A stretch of DNA of 64,000 nt from Lytechinus pictus (Eukaryota): positions 19,344,001 to 19,408,000 of the forward strand of contig NC_087247.1 of the NCBI RefSeq assembly GCF_037042905.1, given 5' to 3'. Under the pieces are notes generated by a model, which ran no database searches, was not told the DNA's origin, and was given only the letters and a program-made list of their open reading frames with translations. Positions 48,401 through 60,825 of this stretch are shown one piece after another. Positions within the stretch are counted from its first letter, which is position 1. Each line of letters opens with the position of its first letter. A program made the translations under genes and the position numbers.

Positions 48401-51400
48401 TTACAAATTGCATTAGATTTAGTGAAAAGCATCACAATATATATATAAATACCAAATTCTGTATATAGGCCTATACATCATGTACATGAACATTGAATGA
48501 TAATATATAAAGCTGGATTGGTGATGTATTCCAAATGATTCATGATGTAGTATTATTGTATATATATAATAAAAAAAACCTTGTATCTCAATTAATATAC
48601 AAAAGTATTGGCCTCATCGCAATAAAAGGGTTAGTACACGAGATTTTGAAATCGCACATAACATGCATAATTTGTGTTACTTTTTGCTTGTTTCTTTCTT
48701 TAATAAGTTTTTCAATCTCTCTCTATATATGTTTTAGAAAGATTATATGTTTAAATTGATGTATATTTTCTGTTATAATGAGATATGTTTAAGTGGACTT
48801 CAGGGAATGGTCGTACGCAGCAAGGGGAAAGGGGGGGGGGGCAAATTCCCAATCAGCTGTTGTGAAAACACATTTTTTCCTTAACATTTCATGAAAACTA
48901 TGAAAAATGTGAGATGTGCACCAAATACTTTTATTACACTTGTAAAAAAATTAATCGCCCCATTGAGCAGCTCGGTCCGTTTACTCTGTCGTTTTTATTT
49001 TCTTTTCAAAAATATGTTCGAGTCTTGCCCCCCCCCCCCCGGAAATATTATCTGCGTGTGGTCATGCAAAATGGCATGACTGGAAATCTTACATTTTGAA
49101 AAGAGCATTTGACATGGTCGACTTTACCCCTTTTTCAACATTTTCTTTTATGGCGCCGGTGAAGTGCAAAAATATGTGCGCCGCTCGGCAGTACGCCCCC
49201 CCCCCCCTTCGCCAGAAGCTGGATTCGCCTATGCTTTCCCCAATTTTTTTTTCTCTCTCGCTTTCTTTTCACTATTATTTTTTCCCCTTTTTGTCTCCTT
49301 TAATTATCTGTTGTATTTTATCCTTTCTTCGTGGAGCCCCCACCCTCATGCATCTTTGTTTAGTCTTTTTTATCATCCATGACCAAGCATTTATCATCCC
49401 TGAAATCAAATCTCTGCTTACACTCCATCTCCTATAGTGTTCCTTTAATTGCGTTCTGTTCGAGAAATCAGCGTCATTCAAGCCTCGCTTCTTAGCTGGT
49501 CTCTTTTTTCATAGCTGTTTTTTTTTCTTTTTCATTTTAAGCATACATACAACTATACTCCTAAAAAGGTTTGATTTATGTATTTTCTTTTCTTTAGATT
49601 ATTTGCATTTTTATTACCAATTTGCAAAAAATAGGCTACTTTGGGGGTTATGATTGATTTGTCTTGATTTATGTAATTGATTTTTATTTGTGTTCCTCTA
49701 ATTTGTATGTTGAAAAAATAGATATTATATTTTCAATTTAAACAAGTATGGTTAGTCATTGAAGATCCAATAATAAAAATCAAACTTCCTTACACTCTGA
49801 AAACACTGAATAAAATTTTACCCAATATTGGGTAGACAGGGAACATGCATGTTTGCTGTTTTTTTTGTTTTACCCCATATTGGGCTATATGCATGTTTTA
49901 AAGGTCAAGTCCACCCCAGAAAATTTTTGATTTGAATCTATAGAGAAAAATAAAACAAACATAACGTTTCAAATTTCATCAAAATCGGATGTAAAATAAG
50001 AAAGTTATGACATTTTTAAGTTTCGCTTATTTTTCACAAAACAGTTAAATGCACAACTCAGCGATATGCAAATGAGAGAGTCGATGATGTCCATCACTCA
50101 CTATTTTTTTTGTTTTTTATTATTTGAATAATACAATATTTCAATTTTTACAGATTTTAAAATAAGGATCAAGTTAACTTAAACATAAACTGTTAAAATA
50201 ATGGTTATTCCACATGTTCAGGGACAAATGAAAATTTATTTCATTTGACAAGGAGGAGAAAATTAGAATATTACATATTTCATATAATAAAATACAAAAG
50301 AAATAGTGAGTGGGTGACGTCATCAGTCTGCCAATTTGCATACCGACCAGGATGTGCATAGAACTGTTTTGTGAAATTAAGCGAAACTTTAAAATGTCAT
50401 AACTTTCTTATTTTACATCCGATTTTGATGAAATTTTCAGCGTTTTGCTTGTTGGATTTTTCTCCTTTTTTTAAAATCAACTTTTTGTTGGGGTGGACTT
50501 GTCCTTTAAGGGTAAATTTCAACGCAGCATTGCGTAAAATACAAAAAAAAATTGGTATCTTTTCACCCAACCATCACACATGTTCCCATTTTATCCAATA
50601 GTGGGTATAGTTGGTAAACCCTTTTTAGAGTGTATTTAGCAAACTGTTAAACAAATACATGTAGATAAAAAGTTTGTAATATATTGTAAACAAAAATCAA
50701 ATCTAGCAGTGTTCTTACTGTGAATAACGTTAAGACCTCCTTTAGACCAAGCTTACCAAAGGAACTAAGGGGAAAATAATAACAATGCAGTATTCAGTTC
50801 AATTCATTTTATTTCATTCACAGTAAATAAGAAACAAACAAATGTAGAAGGGCCTATGTATTAAGGAAATACCATAATACATTGCACTAAACATGACACA
50901 TACAAATTTATCATATTTAGCGTGGATGGAGACAGCTATGGAAGTCGTATACTAAGACTTGTTCTTCCATAGCTGCCCCTAAAAAAGTTAAACTCAATAC
51001 TTACTGGTATTTATTAACATTTTCGGAATTTCGGAGCCGGGGCGTTCTAATGACCCCCCCCCCCCCCTCCCTCCATGACCACCGTTTCGCGATGTATGAT
51101 TCTTCGTATTTTAGTAGTAAACTTTTTTATACAAAACTTTAATTTTGTGTTAGATTTTGAAATAAAATTCAGAAAATGTTATCACATTCCACGCTCTTTT
51201 CTTTCCCGGTTTCAACCTTTTCTTGGTCTCGAAACTTTGGGGGTCCATGTCCCGTGCCCCACCCCATCTGTCTGCTTTGGATGAAGGGTGAACTATCCTG
51301 CAAAGTTCAACGGGTTTAGAGGAGAGGGCGCGCCACAGATTATCTGAGAAGATCGTATCATGGACCTGTAGTCGATCCATGATCGTATTGATTCCTTTCT

Positions 51401-51983
51401 GTGATCGGCGTATCAATTTGATAAAGATCAGGGCTTTCCCCAAGATTTTTACAAATAAGTCTTAAAAACATCAAGTTGTTTTTACCCATTAAACTATTTG
51501 CAAAATATATGAGATAAATATTTCATCTACATAATTAGTTTTAGCGTTGACAAAACTTTCTCACTCTCTATAACAGTCCTACATTAACCATTACATACAT
51601 GAACAACAAAACAGATGCAGTGCAAAGTTGCACAATCTTGCTTCATTCTAATATCCAAGAGCTATCACAAAGCCATATTACTTAAGGCAAAGGTAAAGTT
51701 TAACCTACAAAAAGGGCTATATTTCCCAATTGATCAATCGTGATCCTCAATCAGTAATTGTTATTAACATTTTGGCATAGTTTTGTAAGCCGTATTATAC
51801 AGGACGCAAAAAATGGAATCATCCTACTAAAGGTGACTAAGACACACGGTGTTTGTAAGTACACTGCCATCTGCAGAAGCAGATACTTGGACAGACGGAA
51901 GTACGCTAGAGGATGTCTCCACTTCGTGTTTAAAGACAGGATCGTGGCTTGATCGGGAACAGATAAAGATGCCTTTGAGTGCT

Positions 51984-53159
51984 TTACGTACGAAACCCTG
52001 GATTCCTGGCAGTGTAGATGAAAGGATTCACGCACGAGTTGAAGTAAGCCAGGTTTTGGAAGGAACGTTGCAGTGGACTCCGATGGTAATTCCTGGTAGT
52101 GCTGAACCCCATACTTACGCAGAAGTAGGCAATCTGAGACGGTGCCCAGCAAATGATGAATACAACTATGACAATAAGCATCATCTTGAGAACGCGAGTA
52201 CGAGCTTTAAGATGATTTGATCGCTTACCAGCTGTGACCGATCCTTCTGTTAGGATCTTGGAGAAATGTTGGGCCTCTCGGTAAAGTTTCTTGGCTATTA
52301 GAATTTGGGTGAGAAGGATAAATACAGTAGGCAAACCAATGCGAAGACAGAGGATGTAAGCAGCATAGGCCATGTCGCCTTCGACGGAAAATCCTCTGCG
52401 AACGCACCGTCCAGTGAGGTCTTTAACATAGAACACAAAGATGCCCCTGCTTCCTGCGAGCATGAACGTCAACCAAACAAGAGCTGTACAAATATACGCT
52501 CGCCGCTTTGTGACCATGCGATTGAAAATGACAGGATGGACAACCGCGAAGTAGCGGTCGAAACATATGGCGACAAGTTGATAAGAAGATACTGTGATTA
52601 GCATCCATTGTAACATAGGAGAAGAGATGAAGATACAATAGAGACGTCCCGCAACACTCGAAGGCATTGTTTGAGCTTTCGGGTGGGGAATCATCACGAT
52701 GGATAACAAGAAATCTGCAAGGGCTAGATTGCCCACCAGGATGTCAGTGGAGCGTCTGGAGGATTTCTTCCAGAACACCACAAGGATGACTAGGAAGTTC
52801 CCCAGTATCCCAAGAATCGCATAAACCATCTGTAAGATGACCCACCAAGGCCATTCCATTGTTGACCAAGACCATTGAAATAAAGTCTTTGGTTGCATTT
52901 CTTCGGAGCGGTCTTCCTCGTAAGTATAATTTAATAAAAAGTCGGAGGAGAGATCATCGTTGCTTAAAACATTTGAAATTGTGGTGAAGATGAATTCGTT
53001 TGGTCGACCCGTTGATTCTTTGCCAGTGCTATGTGCGAATGGACTTGATCCTGGAGAGGCCGATGTTCCTCCGAGACGAAGCGTTGATTTGTTTGTGGCC
53101 AGGGATTCATCTTTAACCAACACCAGGTAGATAATTGTGGAATAGAATTTGAAATTCAT
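51984..53159 (-). CDS. GPCR copy 5, C-terminally truncated (391 aa) by a 4-bp duplication; probable young pseudogene or tailless variant
   Basis: gctttacgTACGaaacc at 51985-51992 vs gctttacgaaacc in copies 1, 3 and 4, giving a stop right after NPGFRT. The ancestral tail and stop (51827) remain out of frame. Confidence 0.85.
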   Translation of the reverse strand: MNFKFYSTIIYLVLVKDESLATNKSTLRLGGTSASPGSSPFAHSTGKESTGRPNEFIFTTISNVLSNDDLSSDFLLNYTYEEDRSEEMQPKTLFQWSWSTMEWPWWVILQMVYAILGILGNFLVILVVFWKKSSRRSTDILVGNLALADFLLSIVMIPHPKAQTMPSSVAGRLYCIFISSPMLQWMLITVSSYQLVAICFDRYFAVVHPVIFNRMVTKRRAYICTALVWLTFMLAGSRGIFVFYVKDLTGRCVRRGFSVEGDMAYAAYILCLRIGLPTVFILLTQILIAKKLYREAQHFSKILTEGSVTAGKRSNHLKARTRVLKMMLIVIVVFIICWAPSQIAYFCVSMGFSTTRNYHRSPLQRSFQNLAYFNSCVNPFIYTARNPGFRT

Positions 53160-53326
53160 CTTCAATCATGGTAAAATACGTCCTCCTGATGAAATAAAAA
53201 AGAAAAATAATATTAAAAAGATAATTTCATTTCTTAGCTCGAATGAAAATCTTTATAAACAAGACACCGATATCCAATTTCGGGGATCGTTTCTGTTTGT
53301 TGTAATTAATTTCATAACACTTCTTT

Positions 53327-55533
53327 CAGGGCCGTAGCCAGAAGCATTTTGTTGGGGGGTGTACCAGCTAAATTTGCCAACTAAATTTGGCGTGACCGCG
53401 CCAACGTGAGCACAGGGGAGTCTGATGGGGGATGTGCCCCCCCCCCCACAATAATCACATGCTAAAAGATTTTGAATTTTTAAAATTGAATTAGTGGCAT
53501 TTGGTGAATACTTTAAGGTAAATTATACAAAGATATTTGCACTTTAAAAATGAACATTTTGGATCAAAATAGAAAGGCTAGTGTGCCGTAGTTGCTAACT
53601 TGCAGTATAATGATATACCCTATGCATTAATAATATCAAAATCAAAGATTTGTTAATTTTTAATTGACCTTAATTCTGTGCAAGATGTCTCAACTAAAAT
53701 TTCAAGAGTGCTACTGCTAACAGTGGCGTACAGTGGGTCACGGCATGGGGGGGGGGCACCAGCAAAAATTTAGAGTCATTAAGTGGGCGCGCGAAGCGCG
53801 CTCAATTGCCAGGTATACTGACCTGATAGAGACATTTTAAGGACTGTGCCATTAAACGGATATGTATCTTAATGATCAAATAATGCGAGCGCGAAGTGCG
53901 AGCTGAAAATGTTCTATATTCAGTCCTAAAAAGGGACATTATAAGCAAGTTTTGTAATCATGATACGTACCTGTCTTACAAAACAAACAATGCGAGCGCG
54001 AAGCGCGAGCTGAAATTTTTTTGTATAACTTAACCCTAAAAAGGGACATTTTCAGGACTTTCTTTTGGAATTCATGAAGTGCGTACGTATCTCATCATAG
54101 TCATTTAATGCAAGCGCCAAGCGCTTGCTGATTTTGTTAGAATTACACTGGCACATGAAGCACTTTTTGTGGTCATTGTAATCATGAACATGATACGTAT
54201 TTCACTAATGAAATATTGCAGGCGAGAAGCGCGAGCCGACAATTTTTGAAATTTAGACCTGAAGAGGGGCATTCTATGGCTTGTTTGTAGGAATTTACTA
54301 TTTCACTAATTAAGTGATGCGAGCGCGAAGCGCGAGCTGAAAATTTGTTATAATTAGATCAGAAAAGGGACATTTTAAGGACTGTCTTTAGGAATTCGTG
54401 CACTGCAAAAACGCTGGTGTTGATTTAACACCAGCCCGGTATCTATATCGGTCCACACCAATGCGAACGTAAGCACAGACTGGAAATGTTTTATTAAGGC
54501 CTTAAAAGGGGGCAATCACTTTAAGTATATAGTCATGAAAAAAACATATGTCACTACATAAAACAATGATAACTTGAAGTGCGAGGAGATAGTTTGGTGC
54601 ATAATCTTTATGGACTTAAAATACAACAGGACTATATATCTCATTAGTCAGACAATGCGAGCACCAGGAATGATGCAACCCCAACCTGCCCCCATCCCCA
54701 CCCTTAGCACCTTCTGACACCATGAATTAAAAAAAAAGTTTAGTAAAAATAACTTAGAACATTTTTGTGTTTTTTGCCAACTGCAAACTTGTAGACAAGT
54801 CTACAAGTTGTAGACTTGTCTTCATGAATTTGCCAACTGCAGAGTTACCAGTTTTTTAAGTCTTGTGCTCTGTTCTTAGATCTGAAACGGGGCAGTACTT
54901 GTACATCACTTTGCTGACTGGTAGAGCGTATAAAGTTCTGCTACTTTAATAGGCCCACTTTATAATTTGCCAACTATACTTTGGCTTTGATTATTCAACT
55001 TAAACCTTGGAAATTCATCCCACCCAATATTTATGTACCTAGTCCTGCATCTAATTTTACAAAACTAATGTGTTTGTTAAATCGTCAATAATTGTGGTAT
55101 AATTTGCAAACTAACAAGCTTGTTCATATTGGGGGAGGACCGGGGGCTTACTTTCTGTGTTATTATAGCTACATCTGTTTTGTACTTATTTTTGCTGACT
55201 AGTAGGGCTCTAAGCCTGGCTACATGGACTTGGATTTGCCAATTGGTTGTCTTTACTCTAAAAGTCGTAACCTTCTTCGANNNNNNNNNNNNNNNNNNNN
55301 NNNNNNNNNNNNNNNNNNNNNNNNNNNNNNNNNNNNNNNNNNNNNNNNNNNNNNNNNNNNNNNNNNNNNNNNNNNNNNNNNNNNNNNNNNNNNNNNNNNN
55401 NNNNNNNNNNNNNNNNNNNNNNNNNNNNNNNNNNNNCAACTGGTACATGATTTTGCCGACTGCCACGAATGTTGGGGGGTGTCACCCCCCCCCCCCCCCA
55501 TACCCCCCCCCCCCCCCTCTAGCTACGGCCCTG
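53327..55533. mobile_element. hAT-like element (single copy) in the copy 5 5'UTR intron
   Basis: Same TSD acttcttt and the same TIRs as 26157-30468. Confidence 0.9.
55281..55436. other. N-run, 156 nt
   Basis: Same flanks as the other two runs. Confidence 0.99.
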
Positions 55534-58500
55534 ACTTCTTTTGATTTAATTTTCAAAAACGATTAAATTTTCAATAAGATATAAATTATATTTAAGACTT
55601 ACCGATTGGCGATTGACTGATAGTTGTTGAAGAGCTGATGTAGTCTCCCAAGCTTTCACTTTTATATAGTCTGTGGTGTTTACCGCTGTGTCATCCATTA
55701 CGATCAATGCATTATTTCTAGGCCCTGGATAGTAATGTTCCAATATTGAATTACACCTTTTCTAGTTTTATATTGACTGTGATTACAATTAAATAAAAAA
55801 TGCATCTCTTTTTAATGTACATGTAACTTCCTGACATGTTAAAAAGATATAAAAAACGGTGAAACCATAACCTACTCTAAACGGAAAGAAAATATAAGTT
55901 ATTTCCAGAATTGAATATCTGTCAAAGAAATCACTCAAATAAAAGTCTTTCGAGATTTCATTAAAGTTTCTTCCAACCTTCACTGTCATATCTGGAATTT
56001 TAATTTCGTGATACACGAGTGACTCTTTTAACAAAATATGCAGGTGGCGTTCATTCATTTTTGTTAAATGTACTCTGAATAGTCGAAAACTTGATACTAA
56101 AGCGGTTAATGTGGATCTTTTCAAGAATTTCTGCTTTCAGACAAGCCGTAAATGCCATTATTGCGGCCATGATAGTGTATTTGAATTAAACGATTTAAAA
56201 GGTACAGAAGTAATGGATTTGAACAACAAATCAAATTCAATAAAATCAGTATGCTAAGGTTTGAAAAAAGAGGCCCTAAGTGCTTTTCAGACATCTCATT
56301 TTGTTTAGCATCCCTTGATATCTTTTTACTAGTGAGCTTCAGCTCTCTTATAACTTCTTTTTTATTATTATTAATAAAAATAATAATGATATATGGAACT
56401 TGTTAGGCGCCATATCCATTTCGTAAGAGGTGCTCAAGGCGCACAAGTGAAGGGGGGCAAACGAAATTACAAGTAACAGAAAATCATCGATAAAATGAGT
56501 TAAAGAGGTCGGTTTTTAGCTTAATCTTAAATGTTTCGACACTCTTGCTATCTTGGATCTCTCGTGGGAGGGAATTCCATAGTGAGGGCCCTGCATGGAT
56601 GAATGCCCCCCCCCCCCCACACACACACACTTTGTTTTACATTTTGGAACTGTAAGAAGACCTGGGCCCTGTCTTACAAAGAGTTACGATTGATCGTTAC
56701 TCTATGGAATTCATCAGTGTCATAATTTTTTTCTACAGGAAATGTGCATAATGTCCTTTGTAAACAAAAATAAGCACACTGAATTTTCAAGACAACGATG
56801 AATGCATGAATATACATCATAGTTAGAAACATGCGTAGTAAACATCCATATAGATGTTGACATTGCTGGCCGTCCATAGTTGCGATCGATCGGATCAATC
56901 GCAACTCTTTGTATAAGACGTGGCCCAGATTCACTGCATACGGAGCGTAGAAGCCTAGATGGTGTGTAGAGCAAAGTTGTACTGTGGAGCAGAGCCCAGT
57001 TAAAAGCCCCCTCGCGCCTGACCGAATGTAGGCGGACGAAGGGTGACGAATGGGAAAAATGCACGAAATGCACGCGAATTCAACGAATTCAAATAAAATT
57101 TCCGTCAAATCATGCGATCAGTAACTATTCTCAAATTTTATCAACGGTAAGCGAATGATAAATATTACATGCGAAGGATATCGATATTTCGGTTCACCTC
57201 TTTGATTAAATTGCAGCCGAAGGCGAGCGAAAGGTTGGTATAACCCAATAAGACGAACGAACAGTGAGCAATGGTTTGATATGGTGTGCGATTAGAAACG
57301 AAGACGAGGGAATAGATCGGACGTTCTTGTACGTTTGTGTCATCGTGTTGCTTCGTTAAGGGTTCTTTCGAGATCGGTCCACTTTGGCAAAAGCGCGATG
57401 AGGGACTATGCGCGACAATAACGCACGAACGATAAACGAACGATTACCGCAGACTAAATAAGAGATGCGAATTCAAACAGATGACCAACGATTTTTCAAT
57501 TCGTCGGAAATTTTTAAACATGTTCGAAATTTCCGCGCGAATTTGAATAATCGCAGCTGTTAGTTCAGAAGGTGTACGAACCCAAACACGAAGGGTAAAT
57601 ATGATTTACTATCACTTACCATTGAAAACGATGAAGAAAAAAATGCCTTTCGCCAGCCATCGCAAGGCATATTTCTGGCAATTCGGTTAGGTGTGAGGGG
57701 GCCTTAAAGGATTTCGAATTTGCCGCGTTCACTCATGGGCAACCAATGTAAAGATTTAAGAAAAGGAGTGATGTGGGTAAATTTGCTACGAAGTGTCACT
57801 ATACGAGCAGCAGAATTCTGTAGTTTTTGCAAACGAGTAATTTGAGACTGGAGTAGATTAAATAAATGGGTTACACTTCGTAATTCCGAAGGTTCTTTAT
57901 TTCGAAGGTTCGTAATTCCGAAACACGCAAATTGCCTATACCTCGATGTTCGTTAATCCGAAAACGTAAAAGGGTTTGTTAATCCGAACATTTGTGGCGT
58001 TATTCCGAAGGTTCGTTATTCCGAAGGTTCGATAATCCGAAAACGAAATAAGGTTCGATGTTCCGAAGGTTCGTTAATCCGAAAACGAAATAAGGTTCGT
58101 TGTTCCGAAGGTTCGTTAATCCGAAAACGAAATAAGGTTCGTTGTTCCAAAGGTTCGTCAGTCCGAAAACGAAATAAGGTTAGTTAATCATTTAGTTTTC
58201 GGACTAACGAACCTTCGGAATTACGAACCTCATTTCTTTTTCGGATTAACGAACCTTCGGAATTACGAACCTCACTTCGTTTTCGGACTAACGAACCTTC
58301 GGAATTAAGAACCTTCGGAAATACGAACCATAACCGAACCTTCGGAATAACGAAGCTTCGGAATTACGAATGTATGCGAAATAAATGTGCATTGCCGAAA
58401 TCAAGACGAGACTAAAATTAATCAATGAATGACCAATTTTCTCTGTTGCGTCAAGAGTCAAATATTTGCGTGCGAACCCTAGGTTGCGTAATTGATACCG

Positions 58501-60825
58501 TACAGATTTACAAGTGTATTGAATACGAGAACCATCGATCTTGTTTGAGTCGAGAAACATACCAAGATTGTTTTAGAAACTTCAATAATGTGGTTGGCAA
58601 TAGAAATGGATGTAATTTGTATTCTAGACAGATGGGTTATTAATGAAATCATATTATACAGTACGTCCCACAAAAAACGAAACCGAGATTTATCGATGAT
58701 TTATCATAATTTAATCACAAATACAATAGACAAATGACCTACCATTGTAAAGCTTACAATCTCCACTTTCATCTAAAATTACTTAGATTATTTCTCCTTC
58801 ACGCATGAGTGAGCAACAAGAATTTGAAGAGGGGATACCAAAAAGTCACTTGGCGGGCTGTATCTGGGATTCAAAAAAAAAACCACATATTTAAAAAGTT
58901 CAATATCTGCTCTCTAATTTGATACCTCAATTACAGAGAATGGTCAAGAAATAACAAAGTTCTGGTTATTTGAAAAAAGGCTTGAATTCCAACAATTTCA
59001 TAAAATGAAGAGGTTTTACAGGCTATCGTCCAGACTTACTCAAGACTCCGTTTTGTTGACGATCGCCATGCATTAAGTCTTTTGTTAACCGTGCGATAGC
59101 TTCGCTGGGAAACCTGTTAAAACACGTTTATTTAATGAAATTATGGAAATACAAGCATCTTTTCGAGGGAACAGAACTTGTTTACTTCTTGACCATTTTC
59201 TGTGATTAAGGTATCAAAATGAAAGAGCAGATATTGAACTTTTTAGGCATGTGATTTTCTTTTTGAAATTCAGATACCCCCCGCCAAATGAGTTTTTGGT
59301 ATCCTTTCTTCAAATTGTTTTTGCTCACTCATGCGAAAATGTGGAATATTCTAAGTAATTTCAGATGAAAGAGGAGATTCTAAACTTTACAATGGTAGGT
59401 CATTTGTCTATTGCATTTATGATTAAGTTATGATAACTCATCGCTAAATCTCGGTTTCGTTTTTTGTGGGACGCACTGTATAACGATAACCCCTTCAAAA
59501 GTTATCCGCGTCCCCTTGTTACTTTCAACGACTATCTTTTTCACGCATGCAATATGACAGTTCTATATCAAATTCAACATCTTTTACAAAGGAAAACCAC
59601 TGTTTTGACGTTTTATTGACGAGAATTACCAATTGAATCTTGGGATACTCATATACCAGTATAACAACCACGAATTACCCTCCGTTTTTAACAATATATT
59701 TCGAGTAAATAATTAAAGTAGCCATTACTCAACTATATACAAATCACGTTGTATCACTTGCCAAGGACTCGAACAGCACTTACACAGAACACTTTCATAT
59801 TGACTGCCCAAAATATTGGAATTCCCTTCCTCTGAATATAAGAGAGAGTTAAAGCTAATGTACATTTAAACTTAAAGTTAAGAAATTGCTTTTTGCCTCC
59901 TACTCCCAACAGCCTCCCTGGAATGTTTGACAATTATACAGATCCCATCTACGACCCTTTCCTCATTTTTTTTTCTCTCTCGCTTTCTTTTCACTATTAT
60001 TTTTTCCCCTTTTTGTCTCCTTTAATTGTCTGTTGTATTTTATCCTTTCTTCAAGGCGCCCCACCCCCATACATCTTTGTACAGTCTTTTTTATCATCCA
60101 TGACCAAGCATTTATCATCCCTGAAATCAAATCTCTGCTTACACTCCATCTCCTATAGTGTTCCTTTAATTGCGTTCTGTTCGAGAAATCAGCGTCATTC
60201 TATCCTCGCTTCTTAGCTGGTCTCTTTTTTTCATAGCTGTTTTTTTTTCTTTTTCATTGTAAGCATACATACAACTATACTCCTAAAAAGGTTTGATTTA
60301 TGTATTTTTTTCTATAGATTATTTGCATTTTTATTACCAATTTGCAAAAAATAGGCTACTTTGGGGGTTATGATTGATTTGTCTCGATTTATGTAATTGA
60401 TTTTTATTTGTGTTCCTCTAATTTGTATGGTGAAAAAATAAATATTACACTATAAAAAATGAAGTGCTAATTTAGCACTTACAGTGCTTGCATATTGACT
60501 GCACTACGAGTGCTGATTTTTTTAGTTCAAATTTAAACTAGAAAATCAGCACTCGTAGTGCAGTCACATACAAGCACTTTAGAGCACTTTTAGAGTGTAT
60601 TTAGCAAACTGTTAAACAAATATATACATGTAGATAAAAGTTTGTAATATATTGTAAACAAAGTTAAAAAATCTAGCAGTGTTCTTACTGTGAATAACGT
60701 TAAGACCTCCTTTAGGCCAAGCTTACCAAAGGAACTAAGGGGGAAAATAATAACAATGCAGTATTCAGTTCAATTCATTTCATTTCATTCACAGTAAATA
60801 AGAAATACACAAATGTAGAAGGGCC

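Larger units (their letters stand above)
53186..55668 (-). promoter_or_regulatory. Copy 5 predicted TATA (55660-55668), exon 1 and TE-expanded 5'UTR intron (53186-55602)
   Basis: Same signals. hAT-like insertion at the same intronic site as in copy 3. Confidence 0.6.
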
